From the IMG/VR virus record IMGVR_UViG_3300025381_000001: DNA of 64,000 bases; one strand, written 5' to 3'. Within the stretch, counting starts at the first letter, position 1; each line of letters opens with the position of its first letter. The notes under the pieces are model-generated. The model was given only the letters and a program-made list of their open reading frames with translations. It did no database searches and had not been told where the DNA came from. A program made the position numbers and the translations under genes. Below, piece by piece: positions 12,925 to 21,921 of the stretch. This DNA comes from a virus.

Positions 12925-15552
12925 ATGGCAATCGACAAAGGCTTATACCAAGCTCCGCAGGGCATCGAAGACTTGGCTCAAAATGAAGAACCCATCGAGA
13001 TCGAGATCATCGACCCCGAAGAAGTGGACATCCACGCAGGCGACACGGACATCTCCATCAAGCCCGGCGGCGAAGATGATTTCAGCCGCAACTTGGCCGA
13101 AGAGATGGACGAGGGCTATTTGTTGTCCTTGGCCGGCGATCTGGTGGAAGACATTGAAGGCGATCGCGCATCCCGCAAAGACTGGGAGAAAGCCTACGTT
13201 GAGGGCATCAAGCTCTTAGGCCTCCAGTACGAAGAGCGCACAGAACCTTGGAACGGCGCGTGTGGGGTCTTCCACCCCATGATTACCGAGGCCGTGGTGC
13301 GCTTCCAGTCAGAGATGATTACGGAGACGTTCCCAGCCCAAGGCCCAGTGCGCACCAAGATCATCGGCAAAGAAACGCCTGACATTAAGGAAGCCGCCAC
13401 TCGCGTCGAAGAAGACATGAACTATGAGTTGACCGAAGTGATGACCGAGTTCCGCTCGGAGCACGAGCGCATGTTGTGGAGCTTGCCCGGCTCGGGCTCG
13501 GCGTTCAAGAAGGTCTACGAAGACGGCAGCTTGGGACGTCAGGTCTCCATGTTCGTGCCGGCGGAAGATGTGCTGCTGCCTTATGGCACCACCGACTTGG
13601 ACACTTGCTACCGCATGACCCACACCATGCGCAAGACCAAGAATGAAATCTTGAAGATGCAGCACGCTGGGTTCTACAAAGACGTGGAGCTGGGCGACCC
13701 AGACAAAACCCAGACCGACATTCAAAAAGCCAAGGACAAAGAAACCGGGTTCAGCGCCAACGACGACGCACGCTATACACTCTACGAGTGCTTGGTGGAC
13801 TTGGACTTGGAAGGGTTTGAGGACACCGATGGTGACGGCAACGAAACTGGCATCGCATTGCCATACGTAGTTACCCTAATCAAAGGCACCAATCAAGTTC
13901 TGTCAATTCGCCGCAACTGGAAAGAAGATGATGAACACCGCCTCAAACGACAATACTTCGTCCACTACCAATATATCCCCGGCTTCGGAGCCTACGGCTT
14001 TGGACTCTTCCACCTCATCGGCGGCTTTGCCAAGTCAGCCACAAGCATCATGCGCCAGTTGGTGGATGCGGGAACACTATCGAACCTACCCGGGGGCCTC
14101 AAGTCTCGTGGACTTCGCATTAAGGGTGATGACACACCGATAGCTCCCGGCGAGTGGCGCGATGTGGACGTGGGTTCGGGCGCGATGCGCGACAGCATCT
14201 TGCCGCTGCCCTACAAGGAACCCTCGGCGGTGCTAGCAGGTCTGTTGGACAAGATCGTTGACGAAGGCCGTCGTTTTGCCGCAACAGCGGACATGCAGAT
14301 CAGCGACATGTCTAGCCAAGCGCCGGTGGGCACAACCCTCGCGCTGCTGGAGCGCCAGTTGAAAGTGATGACCGCCATTCAAGCGCGGATGCACCACACC
14401 TTCAAGAAAGAGTTGAAGCTGCTCGCAGAGATCATCCGCGACAACAGCCCAGAAGACTACGACTACGACCCCGAGTACGGCGACAAGTCAGCCAAGAAGT
14501 CGGACTACTCCAAGGTTGACATCATCCCCGTGAGCGACCCCAACGCCGCGACCATGAGTCAGCGCGTGGTGCAGTACCAAGCCGTCATCCAAATGGCACA
14601 GATGGCTCCCGACATCTACGACTTGCCGCACCTACATCGCTCCATGCTGGAGGTGTTGGGCATCAAGAACGCCGAGAAGCTTGTGCCGCTCGAAGAGGAC
14701 ATGAAGCCTCAAGACCCTGTGACAGAGAACATGTCCGTGCTGAAATGCTCGCCGGTCAAAGCGTTCCTGTTCCAAGACCACAAGTCGCACATCGCCACCC
14801 ACATGGCGTTCGTCCAAGACCCCATGATCCAGCAGTTGGTTGGCCAAAACCCCAAGGCGCAGCAGATGATGGGCGAGATGATGGCGCACATCGCGGAGCA
14901 CACCGGCTACCAGTACCGCCAGCAGATCGAGCAACAGCTCGGAATGCCCCTGCCTCCCGAAGACGAGAAGTTGCCCCCAGAGATGGAAGTGGCGCTGTCG
15001 GGCATGATGGCGCAAGCGGCCAACCAGTTGCTGCAACAAAACCAAGCTCAGGCCGCACAAGCCCAAGCCCAGCAACAAGCCCAAGACCCTGTGTTGCAGA
15101 TGCAGCAGCAAGAGCTGCAAATCAAACAAGGCGAACTCCAGCTCAAACAGCAAAAGCTGCAAATGGAGATGGCCGAGAAAGAAAAGCGTTTGCAAGTGGA
15201 CTCCTCCTACAAGGCCGACCAGTTGCACCTGCAAGAGAAGAAGATTCAAATCGACGCTGCCGAAAAAGCAGACAAGATGCACATCGCCCAGCAAGGCCAA
15301 AACCCACAACTAGACGCCATGCGCAACGCGCACGATCTAGCTTTTGAACAACAACGTGCCCAACATGAACTGGCGGGTGCGCACGCGAAGAACCAAATGG
15401 CCGCGCAGCTCCACGCCCAAGACGTGATGCACGCCCAGCAAACCCACCAACAAAAGCTTGACCATGCCAAAGAAGTTGCGGCGATGAAGGCCGAGTTGAT
15501 GCGCAAACAGGCTGAACAAGCCACACAAAAACCCAAACAGGAGAATGAATGA
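12925..15552 (+). CDS. portal protein with long C-terminal Gln/Ala-rich coiled-coil extension
   Basis: 875 aa, positioned after the terminase, with a large conserved-looking core. The last ~200 aa are Q/A/K/E-rich heptad-like sequence (QAQAAQAQAQQQAQ...LQLKQQKLQMEMAEKEKRLQ). Confidence 0.8.
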   Translation: MAIDKGLYQAPQGIEDLAQNEEPIEIEIIDPEEVDIHAGDTDISIKPGGEDDFSRNLAEEMDEGYLLSLAGDLVEDIEGDRASRKDWEKAYVEGIKLLGLQYEERTEPWNGACGVFHPMITEAVVRFQSEMITETFPAQGPVRTKIIGKETPDIKEAATRVEEDMNYELTEVMTEFRSEHERMLWSLPGSGSAFKKVYEDGSLGRQVSMFVPAEDVLLPYGTTDLDTCYRMTHTMRKTKNEILKMQHAGFYKDVELGDPDKTQTDIQKAKDKETGFSANDDARYTLYECLVDLDLEGFEDTDGDGNETGIALPYVVTLIKGTNQVLSIRRNWKEDDEHRLKRQYFVHYQYIPGFGAYGFGLFHLIGGFAKSATSIMRQLVDAGTLSNLPGGLKSRGLRIKGDDTPIAPGEWRDVDVGSGAMRDSILPLPYKEPSAVLAGLLDKIVDEGRRFAATADMQISDMSSQAPVGTTLALLERQLKVMTAIQARMHHTFKKELKLLAEIIRDNSPEDYDYDPEYGDKSAKKSDYSKVDIIPVSDPNAATMSQRVVQYQAVIQMAQMAPDIYDLPHLHRSMLEVLGIKNAEKLVPLEEDMKPQDPVTENMSVLKCSPVKAFLFQDHKSHIATHMAFVQDPMIQQLVGQNPKAQQMMGEMMAHIAEHTGYQYRQQIEQQLGMPLPPEDEKLPPEMEVALSGMMAQAANQLLQQNQAQAAQAQAQQQAQDPVLQMQQQELQIKQGELQLKQQKLQMEMAEKEKRLQVDSSYKADQLHLQEKKIQIDAAEKADKMHIAQQGQNPQLDAMRNAHDLAFEQQRAQHELAGAHAKNQMAAQLHAQDVMHAQQTHQQKLDHAKEVAAMKAELMRKQAEQATQKPKQENE

Positions 15553-15746
15553 TCCAAGAATTCGCTCGCGTATTGCGCGAAGAAATACGCAAAGACATGA
15601 ATAACTACACAGATGACATGGCAAATGGCATCTGCAAATCGTACGACCAGTACCAAAAACTCTGTGGTGTGATCCAAGGTCTTGGCATCGCAGAAGCTTA
15701 CATCATCGACCTTGCACTAAAAGTGGAGAAAGCAAATGACAAGTGA
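15549..15746 (+). CDS. hypothetical small head-module protein
   Basis: ATGA overlap with the portal stop. 65-aa ORF. Confidence 0.6.
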   Translation: MIQEFARVLREEIRKDMNNYTDDMANGICKSYDQYQKLCGVIQGLGIAEAYIIDLALKVEKANDK

Positions 15747-16173
15747 ATCAGGAATCATCCTGCCGCCCGGCCTGACGTTGCCCAAACAAATCCAACCAAT
15801 GGATGCGCCAAAGGACGACGAGACAGACGAACAAAAAGCCTCGGTTTTGCCGACCCCCGCTGGTCACAAAATCTTGTGCATGGTTCCGGATGTCAGCGAA
15901 AAAATCGAAGGCTCGGAGCTGTACCGTCCAACGGAGTACATGAAGCAGGAAGAGCAAGCGACAACCATCTTGTTTGTGTTGAAGCTGGGCAATGCGGCCT
16001 ATCTTGACAAAGAGCGTTTCCCCACAGGACCTTGGTGCAAGGCCGGTGATTTTGTGATGGTTCGTACTTATTCAGGTACGCGAGTGAAGATTTTTGGCAA
16101 AGAGTTCCGCGTGATTAATGACGATCAGGTGGATTGTGTGGTAGACGACCCGCGTGGCATTACACGCGCATAA
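15736..16173 (+). CDS. GroES/Cpn10-like co-chaperonin fold protein (putative)
   Basis: GGAGAAAG SD. The C-terminal KAGDFVMVRTYSGTRVKIFGKEFRVINDDQVDCVVDD aligns by eye with GroES [37 protein letters not shown], and an upstream PAGHKIL matches PLHDRVIV. Confidence 0.5.
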   Translation: MTSESGIILPPGLTLPKQIQPMDAPKDDETDEQKASVLPTPAGHKILCMVPDVSEKIEGSELYRPTEYMKQEEQATTILFVLKLGNAAYLDKERFPTGPWCKAGDFVMVRTYSGTRVKIFGKEFRVINDDQVDCVVDDPRGITRA

Positions 16174-16183
16174 GGAGTGAAAA

Positions 16184-17137
16184 ATGGCAGGATATAAATT
16201 CCCTGACGAGGTGGGCACCACCGCGCCAGAAGAAGAGATCGAAGTCACCATGCCCGGTGACACCGACGTTGAAGTGGAGGCTGTAGACGATACGCCCCCG
16301 CAAGACCGTGGCCGCAAGCCATTGGACAAAGAAGTGGTTGACCCCACCGATGACGAAATCAATTCGTACTCGGACAAAGTGCAGAGTCGCATCAAGGACT
16401 TGACGCACGCACGCCACGACGAACGTCGCGCCAAAGAAGCCCTTGCGCGTGAGAAACAAGAGCTTGAAAACTTCACTCGCCAGTTGATTGAAGAGAACAA
16501 AAAGCTCAAGACCCACGTCAACACAGGCGCGGAAACGGTGGGCAAGATGGCCACTACTGCTGCCGAGCAAAAGATGCTTATGGCACGCAAGGCACTCAAA
16601 GAAGCCACCGAAGCGTTTGACACGGATGCGATTATTGCGGCTCAAGAAGCCCTGATGGAAGCACGCCTTGAAGTGGAACAAGCGAAAAATTTTCGCCCAG
16701 CCCCTTTACAAGAAGAAAATTTTGATGTACAAACGCGTTATACAGAACCCCAAAAGGTTCAACCGGACGAAAAAACGCTGCGCTGGCAGGCAAAAAACCA
16801 GTGGTTCGGTTCTAACGGGTTTGAAGAAGTAACCAGCTTTGCACTAGGGCTGCATCAAAAATTAGTGAACTCAGGAATGGACCCCCGTTCCGACGAGTAT
16901 TTCGAGCAAATTGACGCTCGCGTGAAATCGAAGTTTCCCGAAGTTTTTGGGGGCGACGATGGTAAGTCAAGGTCTACTGTCGAGACTCCGAGAAAACCGG
17001 CGTCCGTTGTTGCACCAGCGACAAGGACTTCTGGAGCGAAGAAAGTCCAACTCACGCATACGCAAATCGCGCTTGCAAAACGCTTTGGATTGACCCCGCA
17101 GCAATACGCTGCTCAAGTAGCTAAATTGGAGAATTGA
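16184..17137 (+). CDS. scaffolding protein (putative)
   Basis: Lies between the portal and capsid genes. Acidic N-terminus and long charged coiled-coil. Confidence 0.65.
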   Translation: MAGYKFPDEVGTTAPEEEIEVTMPGDTDVEVEAVDDTPPQDRGRKPLDKEVVDPTDDEINSYSDKVQSRIKDLTHARHDERRAKEALAREKQELENFTRQLIEENKKLKTHVNTGAETVGKMATTAAEQKMLMARKALKEATEAFDTDAIIAAQEALMEARLEVEQAKNFRPAPLQEENFDVQTRYTEPQKVQPDEKTLRWQAKNQWFGSNGFEEVTSFALGLHQKLVNSGMDPRSDEYFEQIDARVKSKFPEVFGGDDGKSRSTVETPRKPASVVAPATRTSGAKKVQLTHTQIALAKRFGLTPQQYAAQVAKLEN

Positions 17138-17138
17138 A

Positions 17139-17594
17139 ATGACCACGACAAACCGCACACCTCGTGATTTAGTGTCACGCGAAAAATCAGCTCGGGCAGT
17201 CTATGTGCCGCCCTCAAACTTGCCTGATCCGACACCTAAGCCGGGTTATGTCTATCGCTGGATTGCCACCCATGTGATGGGACAGCACCAGCAACGCAAC
17301 ATCTCAATGAAGATGGGCGAAGGTTGGGTGCCAGTGAAGGCAGTTGACCATCCGGAGTTGATGCTTGTGGGAGATGCGTCAGGAAACGTTGAAATCGGCG
17401 GTTTGATGCTTTGCATAGCTGCAAAGGAAAAAATCGAAGCTCGCAACGAGTACTACGCCAACCAAGCTCAAAACCAGATGGAATCAGTGGACAACCACTT
17501 CATGAGAAATAGTGACCCACGCATGGCGACGTTGTTTGCAGAGAAAAAATCTTCAACGACTCGCGGTGTTGGGTTTGGTTCAGGTTCAAAGTAA
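17139..17594 (+). CDS. hypothetical head-module protein
   Basis: 151-aa ORF tightly packed in the head module (GYVYRWIATH..GEGWVPV motif). Function not recognised. Confidence 0.65.
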   Translation: MTTTNRTPRDLVSREKSARAVYVPPSNLPDPTPKPGYVYRWIATHVMGQHQQRNISMKMGEGWVPVKAVDHPELMLVGDASGNVEIGGLMLCIAAKEKIEARNEYYANQAQNQMESVDNHFMRNSDPRMATLFAEKKSSTTRGVGFGSGSK

Positions 17595-17608
17595 CAAGGA
17601 GTCCTTAA

Positions 17609-18220
17609 ATGGCATACCCTACAGTTAGCAGCACCTATGGCTTCAAGCCCCTCCAGCGTCTGGATGGCCTGCCATATGCCGGAGCGATCCGTCAAATCCC
17701 CGTGGCCGCAGGCTACGCTACTGCAATCTTGAACGGTGACACCGTGAAAGAAAGCGGCGGCTACCTCGTGGCAGCTTCTACAACCAACTCTGGTGACATT
17801 GTCGGTGTCGTCGTTGGTTGCCAATACGTGAACTCGTTGGGTCAGACTGTCGAAGGTCAATACTACCCCGCAGCCGCGTCCACCACTACTGCATTGGCCT
17901 ACGCCTATGTTGTGGATGATCCCAACGCCGTGTTCAAAGTCGTGGCTACTACTGCTGGTTCTACCACTCCTGCCGCTTACGCTCGCAGCATCGTGGGCAA
18001 GAACGTGGCTTTGGTTGCAAACGTCGGTAGCACCACTACTGGTGATTCTGCCTATGGTATTGACGGCTCGTCCGCCACAACCACCAACACCCTGCCTATT
18101 CGCGTGATCGACGTTATTGTTGATACCGCAACTGGCGTCCGCACTGCAACAGCCACGACCTACTACGAGTTTGTCGTCAAGCTGAACACAGCTCAATACA
18201 ACGACCAAACTGGTGCCTAA
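17609..18220 (+). CDS. putative head decoration/cement protein
   Basis: 203-aa Ala/Thr/Gly/Val-rich ORF immediately upstream of the major capsid gene. The function is inferred from position only. Confidence 0.4.
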   Translation: MAYPTVSSTYGFKPLQRLDGLPYAGAIRQIPVAAGYATAILNGDTVKESGGYLVAASTTNSGDIVGVVVGCQYVNSLGQTVEGQYYPAAASTTTALAYAYVVDDPNAVFKVVATTAGSTTPAAYARSIVGKNVALVANVGSTTTGDSAYGIDGSSATTTNTLPIRVIDVIVDTATGVRTATATTYYEFVVKLNTAQYNDQTGA

Positions 18221-18230
18221 GGAGTAAATC

Positions 18231-19142
18231 ATGGCTGTTTCACGCGCACAACTGTTAAAAGAATTGCTCCCCGGCCTGAACGCATTGTTCGGTTTGGAAT
18301 ATGCTCGCTACGGCGAAGAGCACAAAGAAATCTACGAAACCGAAACTTCGGAACGTAGCTTCGAAGAAGAAACCAAACTGTCTGGTTTCTCTGCTGCACC
18401 AGTCAAAAACGAGGGTTCTGCCATCGCGTATGACAACGCTCAAGAAGCATGGACCGCACGCTACAACCACGAAACCATCGCTTTGGGTTTCTCGATTACC
18501 GAAGAGGCAATCGAAGACAACTTGTACGACAGCTTGTCTGCTCGCTACACCAAAGGCTTGGCTCGCGCAATGGCGTACACCAAACAAGTCAAGGCAGCTT
18601 CTGTTTTGAACAACGGCTTTAGCTCCAGCTACGTTGGTGGCGATGGCGTGCAATTGTTCTCTACAGCACACCCCTTGGTCTCCGGCGGTACCAACAGCAA
18701 TACGCCTGCAACTCAAGCCGACTTGAACGAGACTTCTTTGGAAGCCGCCGTTATTCAAATCGCTGCTTGGACAGACGAACGCGGTCTTTTGATCGCTGCC
18801 AAACCCAAGAAATTGGTTGTTCCTCCATCATTGATGTTCGTTGCAACTCGATTGCTCGAAACAGAATTGCGTGTTGGTACAAACAACAACGACATTAACG
18901 CGATCAAGAACAACGGTGCCATCCCAGAAGGCTACACCGTTAACCACTTCTTGACCGACGTCAATGCTTGGTTCTTGATTACCGACGTTCCTAACGGTTT
19001 GAAACACTTCGAGCGTATCGCCCTCCAAAATTCCATGGATGGGGATTTTGATACAGGTAACGTGCGTTACAAATCCCGCGAGCGTTATTCGTTCGGCTAC
19101 AGCGATCCATTAGGTGTTTGGGGTTCTTCTGGCTCGTTCTAA
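18231..19142 (+). CDS. major capsid protein (HK97-fold, Mu gpT-like by eye)
   Basis: 303 aa, followed by a strong terminator. The motif pattern FEEETKLSGFSAAPVKNEGSAIAYD...ALGFSITEEAIEDN is typical of gpT-like capsid proteins. Confidence 0.8.
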   Translation: MAVSRAQLLKELLPGLNALFGLEYARYGEEHKEIYETETSERSFEEETKLSGFSAAPVKNEGSAIAYDNAQEAWTARYNHETIALGFSITEEAIEDNLYDSLSARYTKGLARAMAYTKQVKAASVLNNGFSSSYVGGDGVQLFSTAHPLVSGGTNSNTPATQADLNETSLEAAVIQIAAWTDERGLLIAAKPKKLVVPPSLMFVATRLLETELRVGTNNNDINAIKNNGAIPEGYTVNHFLTDVNAWFLITDVPNGLKHFERIALQNSMDGDFDTGNVRYKSRERYSFGYSDPLGVWGSSGSF

Positions 19143-19166
19143 TAAACTAAAAAGTTTATTAAAGTT

Positions 19167-19189
19167 AGGGGCTTCGGCTCCTTTCTTTT
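19167..19189 (+). terminator. intrinsic terminator after capsid gene
   Basis: AGGGGC-TTCG-GCTCCT hairpin followed by TTCTTTT. Confidence 0.75.
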
Positions 19190-19225
19190 ATGCTAAAATT
19201 TCCTGTGTCAAAACAGGAGAAACAA

Positions 19226-19825
19226 ATGGACACCACAAACTTACCCAAGTCCCGCGAGGAAGCAAAGCAAACCGGCAGCAAATACTATTTCACCGGTCAG
19301 CCCTGCAAACACGGCCACATCGCCCCACGCAAAACCAAAGGCTCATGCCTTGACTGCCTCAAGGCCGAGTGGACAAAAGGGAACGAAACCCGCGCCGACT
19401 ACTTCAGGCAATATAACCAGTCGGATGCTGGACAAAAAGCAAAAAAAGAATACTACGCACGTAACAAAGAAGAAATTATTGCTAGGGCACAGACCCGTCC
19501 TGATGCGGCAAAAACAGCGTACAAACAAGAATACAAAACCCGTAATCCCGATTTGTACAAAGAGTTGGTCAGTTTACGCCGACGCCGTTTTCGCCAAGCC
19601 ACGCCGAAGTGGTTGACCACTGAACAAAAGCTTGAAATTCGTTTGCAATATCGTTTGGCTATTGAGTTGAGCCGCACCACTAAACAGCGCTATGCAGTTG
19701 ACCACATTATCCCAATCCAAGGGGAAGAAGTTTGTGGCCTCCATGTGCCGTGGAACCTGCGCGTCATCACGCAAGAAGAGAACTTGAAGAAGTCCAACAA
19801 GCTTATTGACACCTCATCGAAATGA
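19226..19825 (+). CDS. free-standing HNH homing-type endonuclease
   Basis: AGGAGA SD. N-terminal YFTGQPCKHGHIAPRKTKGSCLDC zinc motif and C-terminal AVDHIIPIQGEEVCGLHVPWNLRVITQEENLKKSNK. Confidence 0.8.
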   Translation: MDTTNLPKSREEAKQTGSKYYFTGQPCKHGHIAPRKTKGSCLDCLKAEWTKGNETRADYFRQYNQSDAGQKAKKEYYARNKEEIIARAQTRPDAAKTAYKQEYKTRNPDLYKELVSLRRRRFRQATPKWLTTEQKLEIRLQYRLAIELSRTTKQRYAVDHIIPIQGEEVCGLHVPWNLRVITQEENLKKSNKLIDTSSK

Positions 19826-19927
19826 TGTATAGTCACCATACGTCTGGGATTCTTCACCTGTACCACCACTGACCCAGCAGACGATGCAACGATCGGTACA
19901 GGGACTTTTGCATAAGGACTTTTAGTC

Positions 19928-20641
19928 ATGGCACGTTCTACTTTTGCAGGCCCAATTCTTTCGGGCGACTCGCGTTTTGGCCCCATTCGCAACGTCGGCT
20001 ACACCGACCTCGTTCAAGACTGCTCCATTGTTTTGACAAACCTTACCGCAGCCACTGCGGGTTACTCTGGCGGTTCTGGCCAGTTTGTCAACGGCAACTT
20101 GATCCCCAACGTCAACGGCACTGTCTACACACGCAGCGCTACTGCTTACCCTCCTACCGCAGCAGTTATCACGGCTGATGCAGGTACAGGCGGTTCTGGT
20201 ACTTTGTATCGCGGCATCGTGTTTTACATGCCCACCAGCGCCAACATCAACGATTTCTTGATCGACACCAACGTGGTGATTACCGCTACTGGCGGTACAT
20301 TGGGCACTGTGACTGCAAGCATCGGCAACGCATTCAACGACACCACCTACGGCAGCATCACCACCGTGAACGCTGCAACCGGTCGCAACACCATCACTCA
20401 AAACGGCGCTCAGTTGTTGGCTACAAACGCCACAACTTTTGACTTCACCAACCCTACCGGTGTGGTTGAACCTGCTGGTTTCTCGCAAGTCGTTGTGACC
20501 TTCACTATCCCCTACACTGGCGGTTCAGGTACCGTATTGCCAACCATTACTGCCGGCACTCTAACTGCCGCAGTGCGCTACACCCAAGCTGACTACAACA
20601 TCGGCACCACTACCGCGTACCCATACGGTAACTTCGACTAA
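19928..20641 (+). CDS. abundant virion structural protein (Thr/Gly/Ala-rich), function unknown
   Basis: AAGGA SD. A terminator lies upstream (separated from this gene by the HNH gene) and another directly after it. 237 aa rich in T/G/A/N. Confidence 0.65.
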   Translation: MARSTFAGPILSGDSRFGPIRNVGYTDLVQDCSIVLTNLTAATAGYSGGSGQFVNGNLIPNVNGTVYTRSATAYPPTAAVITADAGTGGSGTLYRGIVFYMPTSANINDFLIDTNVVITATGGTLGTVTASIGNAFNDTTYGSITTVNAATGRNTITQNGAQLLATNATTFDFTNPTGVVEPAGFSQVVVTFTIPYTGGSGTVLPTITAGTLTAAVRYTQADYNIGTTTAYPYGNFD

Positions 20642-20647
20642 TTGAGC

Positions 20648-20669
20648 GGGGGCTTCGGCCCCCTTCTTT
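20648..20669 (+). terminator. intrinsic terminator
   Basis: GGGGGC-TTCG-GCCCCC hairpin followed by TTCTTT. Confidence 0.75.
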
Positions 20670-20686
20670 GGCTTTAGGAGATACCT

Positions 20687-21193
20687 ATGACAATGCAATA
20701 TGACGTAAAGGGTTCGCATTCCAGCGGCTCTGGCCTAATGGTTTCTGGCCGCGTTCGTCTGAAAAACTTGATCTATTGTGGAAACGGTACAGCCGGTTCT
20801 ATCGATGTCTTTGACACAACGAGCGCCCCTGTGACTGCGACCTATGGTCGTAGCGGCACCACAGTCACCGTGGCCAAAACAGGCCATGGCTTGACTACAG
20901 GTCAAAACGCGGGCATCACTTACTCGCCAGCTTCGAGTGTTGCTGCGGTTGCCGGCAACTACGCCATCACTGTTGTAGATGCAAACACATTCACAATCAA
21001 CGATCTGAATTCAGGAACGATTGCAACTGGCACGGCCTGCATTTACACGACAGACAAGTGGTTGACCAGCTACAACACCGGCACGGCGCTTCAGCCTTTC
21101 CAAACCATTTTCTCTGGCGAAGGCATTTTGGCGTTCAACGGCGTCTATGTTGTTGTGACCAACATCACTTTCCAGACAATTCAGTATGGCTGA
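20687..21193 (+). CDS. hypothetical structural protein (Thr/Gly/Ser-rich)
   Basis: AGGAGA SD. 168-aa ORF in the structural module. Confidence 0.65.
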   Translation: MTMQYDVKGSHSSGSGLMVSGRVRLKNLIYCGNGTAGSIDVFDTTSAPVTATYGRSGTTVTVAKTGHGLTTGQNAGITYSPASSVAAVAGNYAITVVDANTFTINDLNSGTIATGTACIYTTDKWLTSYNTGTALQPFQTIFSGEGILAFNGVYVVVTNITFQTIQYG

Positions 21194-21920
21194 TACCAAG
21201 CAAGTTGAGCTAGCGGGGCGCAAGGTTTTTATTGCGATCCCCACGTATGACGGGAAGCTGAACATCCGAACAGCTTTCAGTCTGGCTTCGCTCATGCCTC
21301 TTGCGCACAAACACGGGGTCAGCATCGATTTGAGCTACATGGCCGGCTGCTCCATCATCCCGATGGCACGCAACTCTTTGGTCAACGAATTCATGAAGTC
21401 CGACTGCACCGAGATGCTGTTCCTTGACTCCGATGTGGTAGTCATGCCCGACGACGTGATGCGCTTGCTGGCGCAGAGTAGCGACAAAGACGTTGCTGCC
21501 GGCCTGTACCCACGCCGCGCCTCGGACAAATTTTTCTTCCTTGACATCCCCCGCGACGACAACGGCGACATGATCTTTGACGGATCCATGCTCAAGGTCA
21601 ACCGTGTGGGCACAGGGTTCATGCTCATCAAGCGCTACGTGATCGAGAAGCTCATTGCTGACCATCCCGAGTGGGAGTACGAGACCCGCGAGAATGAAAC
21701 TGCATTTGCGGTGTTTGACTTTGCCTTGCGCGACAAGAAGTACACCGGCGAGGACTACCTGTTCTGCGATCGCGCACGCGAGGCAGGATTTGAGTGCTGG
21801 GTGGATGCTGAGATTAGCCTGCCCCACATCGGCCAAGAAGAGTTCAAACGCGACTTTGTTGAAGACGTTATCAAGCCTATGCTTGAAGAACAACGTCAGG
21901 CAAAATTGAAGGCGGCATAA
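21186..21920 (+). CDS. GT-A fold glycosyltransferase (family-2-like)
   Basis: N-terminal VFIAIPTYDG, DxD-type LFLDSDVVV, and GEDYLFCDRAREAGFECWVD are typical of GT2-like enzymes. Confidence 0.65.
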   Translation: MADTKQVELAGRKVFIAIPTYDGKLNIRTAFSLASLMPLAHKHGVSIDLSYMAGCSIIPMARNSLVNEFMKSDCTEMLFLDSDVVVMPDDVMRLLAQSSDKDVAAGLYPRRASDKFFFLDIPRDDNGDMIFDGSMLKVNRVGTGFMLIKRYVIEKLIADHPEWEYETRENETAFAVFDFALRDKKYTGEDYLFCDRAREAGFECWVDAEISLPHIGQEEFKRDFVEDVIKPMLEEQRQAKLKAA

Positions 21921-21921
21921 C

